Source: the human T2T-CHM13v2.0 reference genome, Homo sapiens. From it: a DNA stretch of 64,000 nt. Both the position numbers and the translations under genes were made by a program. The first letter of the stretch is position 1. Each line of letters starts with the position of its first letter. The notes beneath the pieces are model-generated. The model saw nothing but the letters and a program-made list of their open reading frames with translations. It was not told where the DNA came from and did not search any database. The stretch lies in assembly GCF_009914755.1 (NCBI RefSeq), contig NC_060936.1. The stretch is one strand, 5' to 3'. Positions 39,601 to 53,400 of this stretch are shown in pieces.

Positions 39601-42600
39601 CAAATTCCACAAAAAGGGTGTTTAACATCTGCTCTTCTAAAGGAAAGTTCAACTCTATGAGTTGAATACACACAGCACAAAGAAGTTACTGAGACTTCTC
39701 CTATCAAACATTATATGAAGAAATCCCGTTTCCAACGAAGGCCTCAAAGAGGTCCAAATATCTGCTTGCAGACTTTACAGACAGAGTGTTTCCAAACTGC
39801 TCCATCAAAAGAAAGGTTAAACTCCTTGAGTTGAACACACACATCACAAAGTAGTTTCTGTGAATGATTCTGTCTAGTTTTTATACGAAGATGTTTCCTT
39901 TTCTACCTTTGGTCTCAAAGCGATTGAAATCTCCACATGGAAACTCCACAAAAAGAGTGTTTCAAATCTGCTCTTTCTGAAGGAAGGTTCAACTCTGTGA
40001 GTTGAATACACACACCACAAATAAGTTACTGAGAATTCTTCTGTGTAACATTATATGAGGAAATCCCGTTTCCAACGAAGGCCTCAAAGAGGTCCAAATA
40101 TCCACTTGCAGACTTTACAAAGACAGTGTCTCCAAACTCCTCCATCAAAAGAAAGGTTATACTCTGTGAATTGAACGCACACATCACAAAGTAGTTTCTG
40201 AGAATGATTCTGTCTAGTTTTTATACGAAGATATTTCCTTTTCTACATTTGGCCTAAAAGCGCTTGAAATCTCCACCTGCAAATATCACAAAAAGAGGGT
40301 TTCACATCTGCTCTGTCTAAAGGACAGTTCACCTCTGTGAGTTGAATAGAGGCAACACAAAGAACTTACCCAGTATTCTTCTTTCTAGCGTTCTCTGAAG
40401 AAATCCCGTTTCCAACGAAGGCCTCAAAGAGGTCCAAATATCTGCTTGCAGACTTTACAGACAGAGTGTTTCCAAACTACTCTATGAAAAGAAAGCTTAA
40501 ACCCCTTGAGTTGAACGCACACATCACAAAGTAGTTTCTGAGAATGATTCTGTCTAGTTTTTATATGAAGATGTTTCCTTTTCTACATTTGGTCTCAAAG
40601 CGATTGAAATCTCCAACTGGAAACTGCACAAATAGGGTGTTTCAAATCTGCTCTGTCTAAAGGAAGGTTCAACTCTGTGAGTTGAATACACACACCACAA
40701 ATAAGTTACTGAGAATTCTTCTGTCGAACATTACAGGAAGAAATCCCGTTTCCAACGAAGGCCTCAAAGAGGTCCAAATATCCACTTGCAGACATTACAA
40801 ACAGTTTGTTTCCCAACTGCTCCATCAAAAGAAAGGTTAAACTCTGTGAGCTGAACACACACATCAAAAAGAAGTTTCTGTGAATGATTCTGTCTAGATT
40901 TTATAAGAAGATGTTTCCTTTTCTACCGTAGGCCTCAAAGCGCTTGAAATCTCCAGCTGCAAATTCCACAAAAATGGTGTTTAACATCTGCTCTTCTAAA
41001 GGAAAGTTCAACTCTATGAGTTGAATACACACAGCACAAAGAAGTTACTGAGACTTCTCCTATCAAACATTATATGAAGAAATCCCGTTTCCAACGAAGG
41101 CCTCAAAGAGGTCCAAATATCTGGTTGCAGACTTTACAGACAGAGTGTTTCCAAACTGCTCCATCAAAAGAAAGGTTAAACTCCTTGAGTTGAACACACA
41201 CATCACAAAGTAGTTTCTGTGAATGATTCTGTCTAGTTTTTATACGAAGATGTTTCCTTTTCTACATTTGGTCTCAAAGCGATTGAAATCTCCACATGGA
41301 AACTCCACAAAAAGAGTGTTTCAAATCTGCTCTTTCTGAAGGAAGGTTCAACTCTGTGAGTTGAATACACACGCCACAAATAAGTTACTGAGAATTCTTC
41401 TGTGTAACATTATATGAGGAAATCCCGTTTCCAACGAAGGCCTCAAAGAGGTCCAAATATCCACTTGCAGACTTTACAAAGACAGTGTCTCCAAACTCCT
41501 CCATCAAAAGAAAGGTTATACTCTGTGAATTGAACGCACACATCACAAAGTAGTTTCTGAGAATGATTCTGTCTAGTTTTTATACGAAGATATTTCCTTT
41601 TCTACATTTGGCCTAAAAGCGCTTGAAATCTCCACCTGCAAATATCACAAAAAGAGGGTTTCACATCTGCTCTGTCTAAAGGACAGTTCACCTCTGTGAG
41701 TTGAATAGAGGCAACACAAAGAACTTACCCAGTATTCTTCTTTCCAGCGTTCTCTGAAGAAATCCCGTTTCCAACGAAGGCCTCAAAGAGGTCCAAATAT
41801 CTGCTTGCAGACTTTACAGACAGAGTGTTTCCAAACTACTCTATGAAAAGAAAGCTTAAACTCCTTGAGTTGAATGCACACATCACAAAGTAGTTTCTGA
41901 GAATGATTCTGTCTAGTTTTTATACGAAGATGTTTCCTTTTCTACATTTGGTCTCAAAGCGTTTGAAATCTCCAACTGGAAACTGCACAAATAGGGTGTT
42001 TCAAATCTGCTCTGTCTAAAGGAAGGTTCAACTCTGTGAGTTGAATACACACACCACAAATAAGTTACTGAGAATTCTTCTGTCGAACATTACAGGAAGA
42101 AATCCCGTTTCCAACGAAGGCCTCAAAGAGGTCCAAATATCCACTTGCAGACATTACAAACAGTGTGTTTCCCAACTGCTCCATCAAAAGAAAGGTTAAA
42201 CTCTGTGAGCTGAACACACACATCAAAAAGAAGTTTCTGTGAATGATTCTGTCTAGATTTTATAAGAAGATGTTTCCTTTTCTACCGTAGGCCTCAAAGC
42301 GCTTGAAATCTCCAGCTGCAAATTCCACAAAAAGGGTGTTTAACATCTGCTCTTCTAAAGGAAAGTTCAACTCTATGAGTTGAATACACACAGCACAAAG
42401 AAGTTACTGAGACTTCTCCTATCAAACATTATATGAAGAAATCCCGTTTCCAACGAAGGCCTCAAAGAGGTCCAAATATCTGCTTGCAGACTTTACAGAC
42501 AGAGTGTTTCCAAACTGCTCCATCAAAAGAAAGGTTAAACTCCTTGAGTTGAACACACACATCACAAAGTAGTTTCTGTGAATGATTCTGTCTAGTTTTT

Positions 42601-44495
42601 ATACGAAGATGTTTCCTTTTCTACATTTGGTCTCAAAGCGATTGAAATCTCCACATGGAAACTCCACAAAAAGAGTGTTTCAAATCTGCTCTTTCTGAAG
42701 GAAGGTTCAACTCTGTGAGTTGAATACACACGCCACAAATAAGTTACTGAGAATTCTTCTGTGTAACATTATATGAGGAAATCCCGTTTCCAACGAAGGC
42801 CTCAAAGAGGTCCAAATATCCACTTGCAGACTTTACAAAGACAGTGTCTCCAAACTCCTCCATCAAAAGAAAGGTTATACTCTGTGAATTGAACGCACAC
42901 ATCACAAAGTAGTTTCTGAGAATGATTCTGTCTAGTTTTTATACGAAGATATTTCCTTTTCTACATTTGGCCTAAAAGCGCTTGAAATCTCCACCTGCAA
43001 ATATCACAAAAAGAGGGTTTCACATCTGCTCTGTCTAAAGGACAGTTCACCTCTGTGAGTTGAATAGAGGCAACACAAAGAACTTACCCAGTATTCTTCT
43101 TTCCAGCGTTCTCTGAAGAAATCCCGTTTCCAACGAAGGCCTCAAAGAGGTCCAAATATCTGCTTGCAGACTTTACAGACAGAGTGTTTCCAAACTACTC
43201 TATGAAAAGAAAGCTTAAACTCCTTGAGTTGAACGCACACATCACAAAGTAGTTTCTGAGAATGATTCTGTCTAGTTTTTATACGAAGATGTTTCCTTTT
43301 CTACATTTGGTCTCAAAGCGATTGAAATCTCCAACTGGAAACTGCACAAATAGGGTGTTTCAAATCTGCTCTGTCTAAAGGAAGGTTCAACTCTGTGAGT
43401 TGAATACACACACCACAAATAAGTTACTGAGAATTCTTCTGTCGAACATTACAGGAAGAAATCCCGTTTCCAACGAAGGCCTCAAAGAGGTCCAAATATC
43501 CACTTGCAGACATTACAAACAGTGTGTTTCCCAACTGCTCCATCAAAAGAAAGGTTAAACTCTGTGAGCTGAACACACACATCAAAAAGAAGTTTCTGTG
43601 AATGATTCTGTCTAGATTTTATAAGAAGATGTTTCCTTTTCTACCGTAGGCCTCAAAGCGCTTGAAATCTCCAGCTGCAAATTCCACAAAAAGGGTGTTT
43701 AACATCTGCTCTTCTAAAGGAAAGTTCAACTCTATGAGTTGAATACACACAGCACAAAGAAGTTACTGAGACTTCTCCTATCAAACATTATATGAAGAAA
43801 TCCCGTTTCCAACGAAGGCCTCAAAGAGGTCCAAATATCTGCTTGCAGACTTTACAGACAGAGTGTTTCCAAACTGCTCCATCAAAAGAAAGGTTAAACT
43901 CCTTGAGTTGAACACACACATCACAAAGTAGTTTCTGTGAATGATTCTGTCTAGTTTTTATACGAAGATGTTTCCTTTTCTACCTTTGGTCTCAAAGCGA
44001 TTGAAATCTCCACATGGAAACTCCACAAAAAGAGTGTTTCAAATCTGCTCTTTCTGAAGGAAGGTTCAACTCTGTGAGTTGAATACACACACCACAAATA
44101 AGTTACTGAGAATTCTTCTGTGTAACATTATATGAGGAAATCCCGTTTCCAACGAAGGCCTCAAAGAGGTCCAAATATCCACTTGCAGACTTTACAAAGA
44201 CAGTGTCTCCAAACTCCTCCATCAAAAGAAAGGTTATACTCTGTGAATTGAACGCACACATCACAAAGTAGTTTCTGAGAATGATTCTGTCTAGTTTTTA
44301 TACGAAGATATTTCCTTTTCTACATTTGGCCTAAAAGCGCTTGAAATCTCCACCTGCAAATATCACAAAAAGAGGGTTTCACATCTGCTCTGTCTAAAGG
44401 ACAGTTCACCTCTGTGAGTTGAATAGAGGCAACACAAAGAACTTACTCAGTATTCTTCTTTCTAGCGTTCTCTGAAGAAATCCCGTTTCCAACGA
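33625..44495 (-). repeat. Uninterrupted run of eight 8-mer HORs, seven of the 1359-bp haplotype
   Basis: Starts are 33625, 34983, 36342, 37701, 39060, 40419, 41778 and 43137; the next unit starts at 44496. Diagnostic variants are acttaccc, ttctctgaag and ggtccaaa in dimer A. Confidence 0.93.
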
Positions 44496-47400
44496 AGGCC
44501 TCAAAGAGGTCCAAATATCTGCTTGCAGACTTTACAGACAGAGTGTTTCCAAACTACTCTATGAAAAGAAAGCTTAAACTCCTTGAGTTGAACGCACACA
44601 TCACAAAGTAGTTTCTGAGAATGATTCTGTCTAGTTTTTATACGAAGATGTTTCCTTTTCTACATTTGGTCTCAAAGCGATTGAAATCTCCAACTGGAAA
44701 CTGCACAAATAGGGTGTTTCAAATCTGCTCTGTCTAAAGGAAGGTTCAACTCTGTGAGTTGAATACACACACCACAAATAAGTTACTGAGAATTCTTCTG
44801 TCGAACATTACAGGAAGAAATCCCGTTTCCAACGAAGGCCTCAAAGAGGTCCAAATATCCACTTGCAGACATTACAAACAGTGTGTTTCCCAACTGCTCC
44901 ATCAAAAGAAAGGTTAAACTCTGTGAGCTGAACACACACATCAAAAAGAAGTTTCTGTGAATGATTCTGTCTAGATTTTATAAGAAGATGTTTCCTTTTC
45001 TACCGTAGGCCTCAAAGCGCTTGAAATCTCCAGCTGCAAATTCCACAAAAATGGTGTTTAACATCTGCTCTTCTAAAGGAAAGTTCAACTCTATGAGTTG
45101 AATACACACAGCACAAAGAAGTTACTGAGACTTCTCCTATCAAACATTATATGAAGAAATCCCGTTTCCAACGAAGGCCTCAAAGAGGTCCAAATATCTG
45201 TTTGCAGACTTTACAGACAGTGTGTTTCCAAACTGCTCCATCAAAAGAAAGGTTAAACTCCTTGAGTTGAACACACACATCACAAAGTAGTTTCTGTGAA
45301 TGATTCTGTCTAGTTTTTATACGAAGATGTTTGCTTTTCTACCTTTGGCCTCAAAGCGATTGAAATCTCCACATGGAAACTCCACAAAAAGAGTGTTTCA
45401 AATCTGCTCTTTCTGAAGGAAGGTTCAACTCTGTGAGTTGAATACACACACCACAAATAAGTTACTGAGAATTCTTCTGTGTAACATTATATGAGGAAAT
45501 CCCGTTTCCAACGAAGGCCTCAAAGAGGTCCAAATATCCACTTGCAGACTTTACAAAGACAGTGTCTCCAAACTCCTCCATCAAAAGAAAGGTTATACTC
45601 TGTGAATTGAACGCACACATCACAAAGTAGTTTCTGAGAATGATTCTGTCTAGTTTTTATACGAAGATATTTCCTTTTCTACATTTGGCCTAAAAGCGCT
45701 TGAAATCTCCACCTGCAAATATCACAAAAAGAGGGTTTCACATCTGCTCTGTCTAAAGGACAGTTCACCTCTGTGAGTTGAATAGAGGCAACACAAAGAA
45801 CTTACTCAGTATTCTTCTTTCTAGCATTCTATGAAGAAATCCCATTTCCAACGAAGGCCCCAAAGAGGTCCAAATATCTGCCTGCAGACTTTACAGACAG
45901 AGTTTTTCCAAACTGCTCCATCAAAAGAAAGGTTAAACTCCTTGAGTTGAACACACACATCACAAAGTAGTTTCTGTGAATGATTCTGTCTAGTTTTTAT
46001 ACGAAGATGTTTCCTTTTCTACCTTTGGTCTCAAAGCGATTGAAATCTCCACATGGAAACTCCACAAAAAGAGTGTTTCAAATCTGCTCTTTCTGAAGGA
46101 AGGTTCAACTCTGTGAGTTGAATACACACACCACAAATAAGTTACTGAGAATTCTTCTGTGTAACATTATATGAGGAAATCCCGTTTCCAATGAAGGCCT
46201 CAAAGAGGTCCAAATATCCACTTGCAGACTTTACAAAGACAGTGTCTCCAAACTCCTCCATCAAAAGAAAGGTTATACTCTGTGAATTGAACGCACACAT
46301 CACAAAGTAGTTTCTGAGAATGATTCTGTCTAGTTTTTATACGAAGATATTTCCTTTTCTATATTTGGCCTAAAAGCGCTTGAAATCTCCACCTGCAAAT
46401 ATCACAAAAAGAGGGTTTCACATCTGCTCTGTCTAAAGGACAGTTCACCTCTGTGAGTTGAATAGAGGCAACACAAAGAACTTACTCAGTATTCTTCTTT
46501 CTAGCGTTATATGAAGAAATCCCGTTTCCAACGAAGGCCTCAAAGAGGTCAAATATCTGCTTGCAGACTTTACAGACAGAGTGTTTCCAAACTACTCTAT
46601 GAAAAGAAAGCTTAAACTCCTTGAGTTGAACGCACACATCACAAAGTAGTTTCTGAGAATGATTCTGTCTAGTTTTTATACGAAGATGTTTCCTTTTCTA
46701 CATTTGGTCTCAAAGCGATTGAAATCTCCAACTGGAAACTGCACAAATAGGCTGTTTCAAATCTGCTCTGTCTAAAGGAAGGTTCAGCTCTGTGAGTTGA
46801 ATACACACACCACAAATAAGTTACTGAGAATTCTTCTGTCGAACATTACTTGAAGAAATCCCGTTTCCAACGAAGGCCTCAAAGAGGTCCAAATATCCAC
46901 TTGCAGACATTACAAACAGAGTGTTTCCAAACTGCTCCATCAAAAGAAAGGTTAAACTCTGTGAGCTGAACACACACATCAAAAAGAAGTTTCTGTGAAT
47001 GATTCTGTCTAGATTTTATAAGAAGATGTTTCCTTTTCTACCGTAGGCCTCAAAGCGCTTGAAATCTCCAGCTGCAAATTCCACAAAAAGGGTGTTTAAC
47101 ATCTGCTCTTCTAAAGGAAAGTTCAACTCTGTGAGTTGAATACACACAGCACAAAGAAGTTACTGAGACTTCTCCTATCAAACATTATATGAAGAAATCC
47201 CGTTTCCAACGAAGGCCTCAAAGAGGTCCAAATATCTGCTTGCAGACTTTACAGACAGAGTGTTTCCAAACTGCTCCATCAAAAGAAAGGTTAAACTCCT
47301 TGAGTTGAACACACACATCACAAAGTAGTTTCTGTGAATGATTCTGTCTAGTTTTTATACGAAGATGTTTCCTTTTCTACCTTTGGTCTCAAAGCGATTG

Positions 47401-50400
47401 AAATCTCCACATGGAAACTCCACAAAAAGAGTGTTTCAAATCTGCTCTTTCTGAAGGAAGGTTCAACTCTGTGAGTTGAATACACACACCACAAATAAGT
47501 TACTGAGAATTCTTCTGTGTAACATTATATGAGGAAATCCCGTTTCCAACGAAGGCCTCAAAGAGGTCCAAATATCCACTTGCAGACTTTACAAAGACAG
47601 TGTCTCCAAACTCCTCCATCAAAAGAAAGGTTATACTCTGTGAATTGAACGCACACATCACAAAGTAGTTTCTGAGAATGATTCTGTCTAGTTTTTATAC
47701 GAAGATATTTCCTTTTCTACATTTGGCCTAAAAGCGCTTGAAATCTCCACCTGCAAATATCACAAAAAGAGGGTTTCACATCTGCTCTGTCTAAAGGACA
47801 GTTCACCTCTGTGAGTTGAATAGAGACAACACAAAGAACTTACTCAGTATTCTTCTTTCTAGCGTTCTATGAAGAAATCCCGTTTCCAACGAAGGCCTCA
47901 AAGAGGTCAAATATCTGCTTGCAGACTTTACAGACAGAGTGTTTCCAAACTACTCTATGAAAAGAAAGCTTAAACTCCTTGAGTTGAACGCACACATCAC
48001 AAAGTAGTTTCTGAGAATGATTCTGTCTAGTTTTTATACGAAGATGTTTCCCTTTCTACATTTGGTCTCAAAGCGACTGAAATCTCCAACTGGAAACTGC
48101 ACAAATAGGCTGTTTCAAATCTGCTCTGTCTAAAGGAAGGTTCAACTCTGTGAGTTGAATACACACACCACAAATAAGTTACTGAGAATTCTTCTGTCGA
48201 ACATTACAGGAAGAAATCCCGTTTCCAACGAAGGCCTCAAAGAGGTCCAAATATCCACTTGCAGACATTACAAACAGAGTGTTTCCCAACTGCTCCATCA
48301 AAAGAAAGGTTAAACTCTGTGAGCTGAACACACACATCAAAAAGAAGTTTCTGTGAATGATTCTGTCTAGATTTTATAAGAAGATGTTTCCTTTTCTACC
48401 GTAGGCCTCAAAGCGCTTGAAATCTCCAGCTGCAAATTACACAAAAAGGGTGTTTAACATCTGCTCTTCTAAAGGAAAGTTCAACTCTATGAGTTGATTA
48501 CACACAGCACAAAGAAGTTACTGAGACTTCTCCTATCAAACATTATATGAAGAAATCCCGTTTCCAACGAAGGCCTCAAAGAGGTCCAAATATCTGCTTG
48601 CAGACTTTACAGACAGTGTGTTTCCAAACTGCTCCATCAAAAGAAAGGTTAAACTCCTTGAGTTGAACACACACATCACAAAGTAGTTTCTGTGAATGAT
48701 TCTGTCTAGTTTTTATACGAAGATGTTTGCTTTTCTACCTTTGGCCTCAAAGCGATTGAAATCTCCACATGGAAACTCCACAAAAAGAGTGTTTCAAATC
48801 TGCTCTTTCTGAAGGAAGGTTCAACTCTGTGAGTTGAATACACACACCACAAATAAGTTACTGAGAATTCTTCTGTGTAACATTATATGAGGAAATCCCG
48901 TTTCCAACGAAGGCCTCAAAGAGGTCCAAATATCCACTTGCAGACTTTACAAAGACAGTGTCTCCAAACTCCTCCATCAAAAGAAAGGTTATACTCTGTG
49001 AATTGAACGCACACATCACAAAGTAGTTTCTGAGAATGATTCTGTCTAGTTTTTATACGAAGATATTTCCTTTTCTACATTTGGCCTAAAAGCGCTTGAA
49101 ATCTCCAACTGCAAATATCACAAAAAGAGGGTTTCACATCTGCTCTGTCTAAAGGACAGTTCACCTCTGTGAGTTGAATAGAGGCAACACAAAGAACTTA
49201 CTCAGTATTCTTCTTTCTAGCATTCTATGAAGAAATCCCATTTCCAACGAAGGCCCCAAAGAGGTCCAAATATCTGCCTGCAGACTTTACAGACAGAGTT
49301 TTTCCAAACTGCTCCATCAAAAGAAAGGTTAAACTCCTTGAGTTGAACACACACATCACAAAGTAGTTTCTGTGAATGATTCTGTCTAGTTTTTATACGA
49401 AGATGTTTCCTTTTCTACCTTTGGTCTCAAAGCGATTGAAATCTCCACATGGAAACTCCACAAAAAGAGTGTTTCAAATCTGCTCTTTCTGAAGGAAGGT
49501 TCAACTCTGTGAGTTGAATACACACACCACAAATAAGTTACTGAGAATTCTTCTGTGTAACATTATATGAGGAAATCCCGTTTCCAACGAAGGCCTCAAA
49601 GAGGTCCAAATATCCACTTGCAGACTTTACAAAGACAGTGTCTCCAAACTCCTCCATCAAAAGAAAGGTTATACTCTGTGAATTGAACGCACACATCACA
49701 AAGTAGTTTCTGAGAATGATTCTGTCTAGTTTTTATACGAAGATATTTCCTTTTCTATATTTGGCCTAAAAGCGCTTGAAATCTCCACCTGCAAATATCA
49801 CAAAAAGAGGGTTTCACATCTGCTCTGTCTAAAGGACAGTTCACCTCTGTGAGTTGAATAGAGGCAACACAAAGAACTTACTCAGTATTCTTCTTTCTAG
49901 CGTTCTATGAAGAAATCCCGTTTCCAACGAAGGCCTCAAAGAGGTCAAATATCTGCTTGCAGACTTTACAGACAGAGTGTTTCCAAACTACTCTATGAAA
50001 AGAAAGCTTAAACTCCTTGAGTTGAACGCACACATCACAAAGTAGTTTCTGAGAATGATTCTGTCTAGTTTTTATACGAAGATGTTTCCTTTTCTACATT
50101 TGGTCTCAAAGCGATTGAAATCTCCAACTGGAAACTGCACAAATAGGCTGTTTCAAATCTGCTCTGTCTAAAGGAAGGTTCAGCTCTGTGAGTTGAATAC
50201 ACACACCACAAATAAGTTACTGAGAATTCTTCTGTCGAACATTACTTGAAGAAATCCCGTTTCCAACGAAGGCCTCAAAGAGGTCCAAATATCCACTTGC
50301 AGACATTACAAACAGAGTGTTTCCAAACTGCTCCATCAAAAGAAAGGTTAAACTCTGTGAGCTGAACACACACATCATAAAGAAGTTTCTGTGAATGATT

Positions 50401-53400
50401 CTGTCTAGATTTTATAAGAAGATGTTTCCTTTTCTACCGTAGGCCTCAAAGCGCTTGAAATCTCCAGCTGCAAATTCCACAAAAAGGGTGTTTAACATCT
50501 GCTCTTCTAAAGGAAAGTTCAACTCTATGAGTTGAATACACACAGCACAAAGAAGTTACTGAGACTTCTCCTATCAAACATTATATGAAGAAATCCCGTT
50601 TCCAACGAAGGCCTCAAAGAGGTCCAAATATCTGCTTGCAGACTTTACAGACAGAGTGTTTCCAAACTGCTCCATCAAAAGAAAGGTTAAACTCCTTGAG
50701 TTGAACACACACATCACAAAGTAGTTTCTGTGAATGTTTCTGTCTAGTTTTTATACGAAGATGTTTCCTTTTCTACCTTTGGTCTCAAAGCGATTGAAAT
50801 CTCCACATGGAAACTCCACAAAAAGAGTGTTTCAAATCTGCTCTTTCTGAAGGAAGGTTCAACTCTGTGAGTTGAATACACACACCACAAATAAGTTACT
50901 GAGAATTCTTCTGTGTAACATTATATGAGGAAATCCCGTTTCCAACGAAGGCCTCAAAGAGGTCCAAATATCCACTTGCAGACTTTACAAAGACAGTGTC
51001 TCCAAACTCCTCCATCAAAAGAAAGGTTATACTCTGTGAATTGAACGCACACATCACAAAGTAGTTTCTGAGAATGATTCTGTCTAGTTTTTATACGAAG
51101 ATATTTCCTTTTCTACATTTGGCCTAAAAGCGCTTGAAATCTCCACCTGCAAATATCACAAAAAGAGGGTTTCACATCTGCTCTGTCTAAAGGACAGTTC
51201 ACCTCTGTGAGTTGAATAGAGGCAACACAAAGAACTTACTCAGTATTCTTCTTTCTAGCGTTCTATGAAGAAATCCCGTTTCCAACGAAGGCCTCAAAGA
51301 GGTCAAATATCTGCTTGCAGACTTTACAGACAGAGTGTTTCCAAACTACTCTATGAAAAGAAAGCTTAAACTCCTTGAGTTGAACGCACACATCACAAAG
51401 TAGTTTCTGAGAATGATTCTGTCTAGTTTTTATACGAAGATGTTTCCCTTTCTACATTTGGTCTCAAAGCGATTGAAATCTCCAACTGGAAACTGCACAA
51501 ATAGGCTGTTTCAAATCTGCTCTGTCTAAAGGAAGGTTCAACTCTGTGAGTTGAATACACACACCACAAATAAGTTACTGAGAATTCTTCTGTCGAACAT
51601 TACAGGAAGAAATCCCGTTTCCAACGAAGGCCTCAAAGAGGTCCAAATATCCACTTGCAGACATTACAAACAGTGTGTTTCCCAACTGCTCCATCAAAAG
51701 AAAGGTTAAACTCTGTGAGCTGAACACACACATCAAAAAGAAGTTTCTGTGAATGATTCTGTCTAGATTTTATAAGAAGATGTTTCCTTTTCTACCGTAG
51801 GCCTCAAAGCGCTTGAAATCTCCAGCTGCAAATTCCACAAAAAGGGTGTTTAACATCTGCTCTTCTAAAGGAAAGTTCAACTCTGTGAGTTGAATACACA
51901 CAGCACAAAGAAGTTACTGAGACTTCTCCTATCAAACATTATATGAAGAAATCCCGTTTCCAACGAAGGCCTCAAAGAGGTCCAAATATCTGCTTGCAGA
52001 CTTTACAGACAGAGTGTTTCCAAACTGCTCCATCAAAAGAAAGGTTAAACTCCTTGAGTTGAACACACACATCACAAAGTAGTTTCTGTGAATGATTCTG
52101 TCTAGTTTTTATACGAAGATGTTTCCTTTTCTACCTTTGGTCTCAAAGCGATTGAAATCTCCACAGGGAAACTCCACAAAAAGAGTGTTTCAAATCTGCT
52201 CTTTCTGAAGGAAGGTTCAACTCTGTGAGTTGAATACACACACCACAAATAAGTTACTGAGAATTCTTCTGTGTAACATTATATGAGGAAATCCCATTTC
52301 CAACGAAGGCCTCAAAGAGGTCCAAATATCCACTTGCAGACTTTACAAAGACAGTGTCTCCAAACTCCTCCATCAAAAGAAAGGTTATACTCTGTGAATT
52401 GAACGCACACATCACAAAGTAGTTTCTGAGAATGATTCTGTCTAGTTTTTATACGAAGATATTTCCTTTTCTACATTTGGCCTAAAAGCGCTTGAAATCT
52501 CCACCTGCAAATATCACCAAAAGAGGGTTTCACATCTGCTCTGTCTAAAGGACAGTTCACCTCTGTGAGTTGAATAGAGGCAACACAAAGAACTTACTCA
52601 GTATTCTTCTTTCTAGCATTCTATGAAGAAATCCCGTTTCCAACGAAGGCCCCAAAGAGGTCCAAATATGTGCTTGCAGACTTTACAGACAGAGTTTTTC
52701 CAAACTGCTCCATCAAAAGAAAGGTTAAACTCCTTGAGTTGAACACACGCATCACAAAGTAGTTTCTGTGAATGATTCTGTCTAGTTTTTATACGAAGAT
52801 GTTTCCTTTTCTACCTTTGGTCTCAAAGCGATTGAAATCTCCACATGGAAACTCCAGAAAAAGAGTGTTTCAAATCTGCTCTTTCTGAAGGAAGGTTCAA
52901 CTCTGTGAGTTGAATACACACACCACAAATAAGTTACTGAGAATTCTTCTGTGTAACATTATATGAGGAAATCACGTTTCCAACGAAGGCCTCAAAGAGG
53001 TCCAAATATCCACTTGCAGACTTTACAAAGACAGTGTCTCCAAACTCCTCCATCAAAAGAAAGGTTATACTCTGTGAATTGAACGCACACATCACAAAGT
53101 AGTTTCTGAGAATGATTCTGTCTAGTTTTTATACGAAGATATTTCCTTTTCTACATTTGGCCTAAAAGCGCTTGAAATCTCCACCTGCAAATATCACAAA
53201 AAGAGGGTTTCACATCTGCTCTGTCTAAAGGACAGTTCACCTCTGTGAGTTGAATAGAGGCAACACAAAGAACTTACTCAGTATTCTTCTTTCTAGCGTT
53301 CTATGAAGAAATCCCGTTTCCAACGAAGGCCTCAAAGAGGTCAAATATCTGCTTGCAGACTTTACAGACAGAGTGTTTCCAAACTACTCTATGAAAAGAA

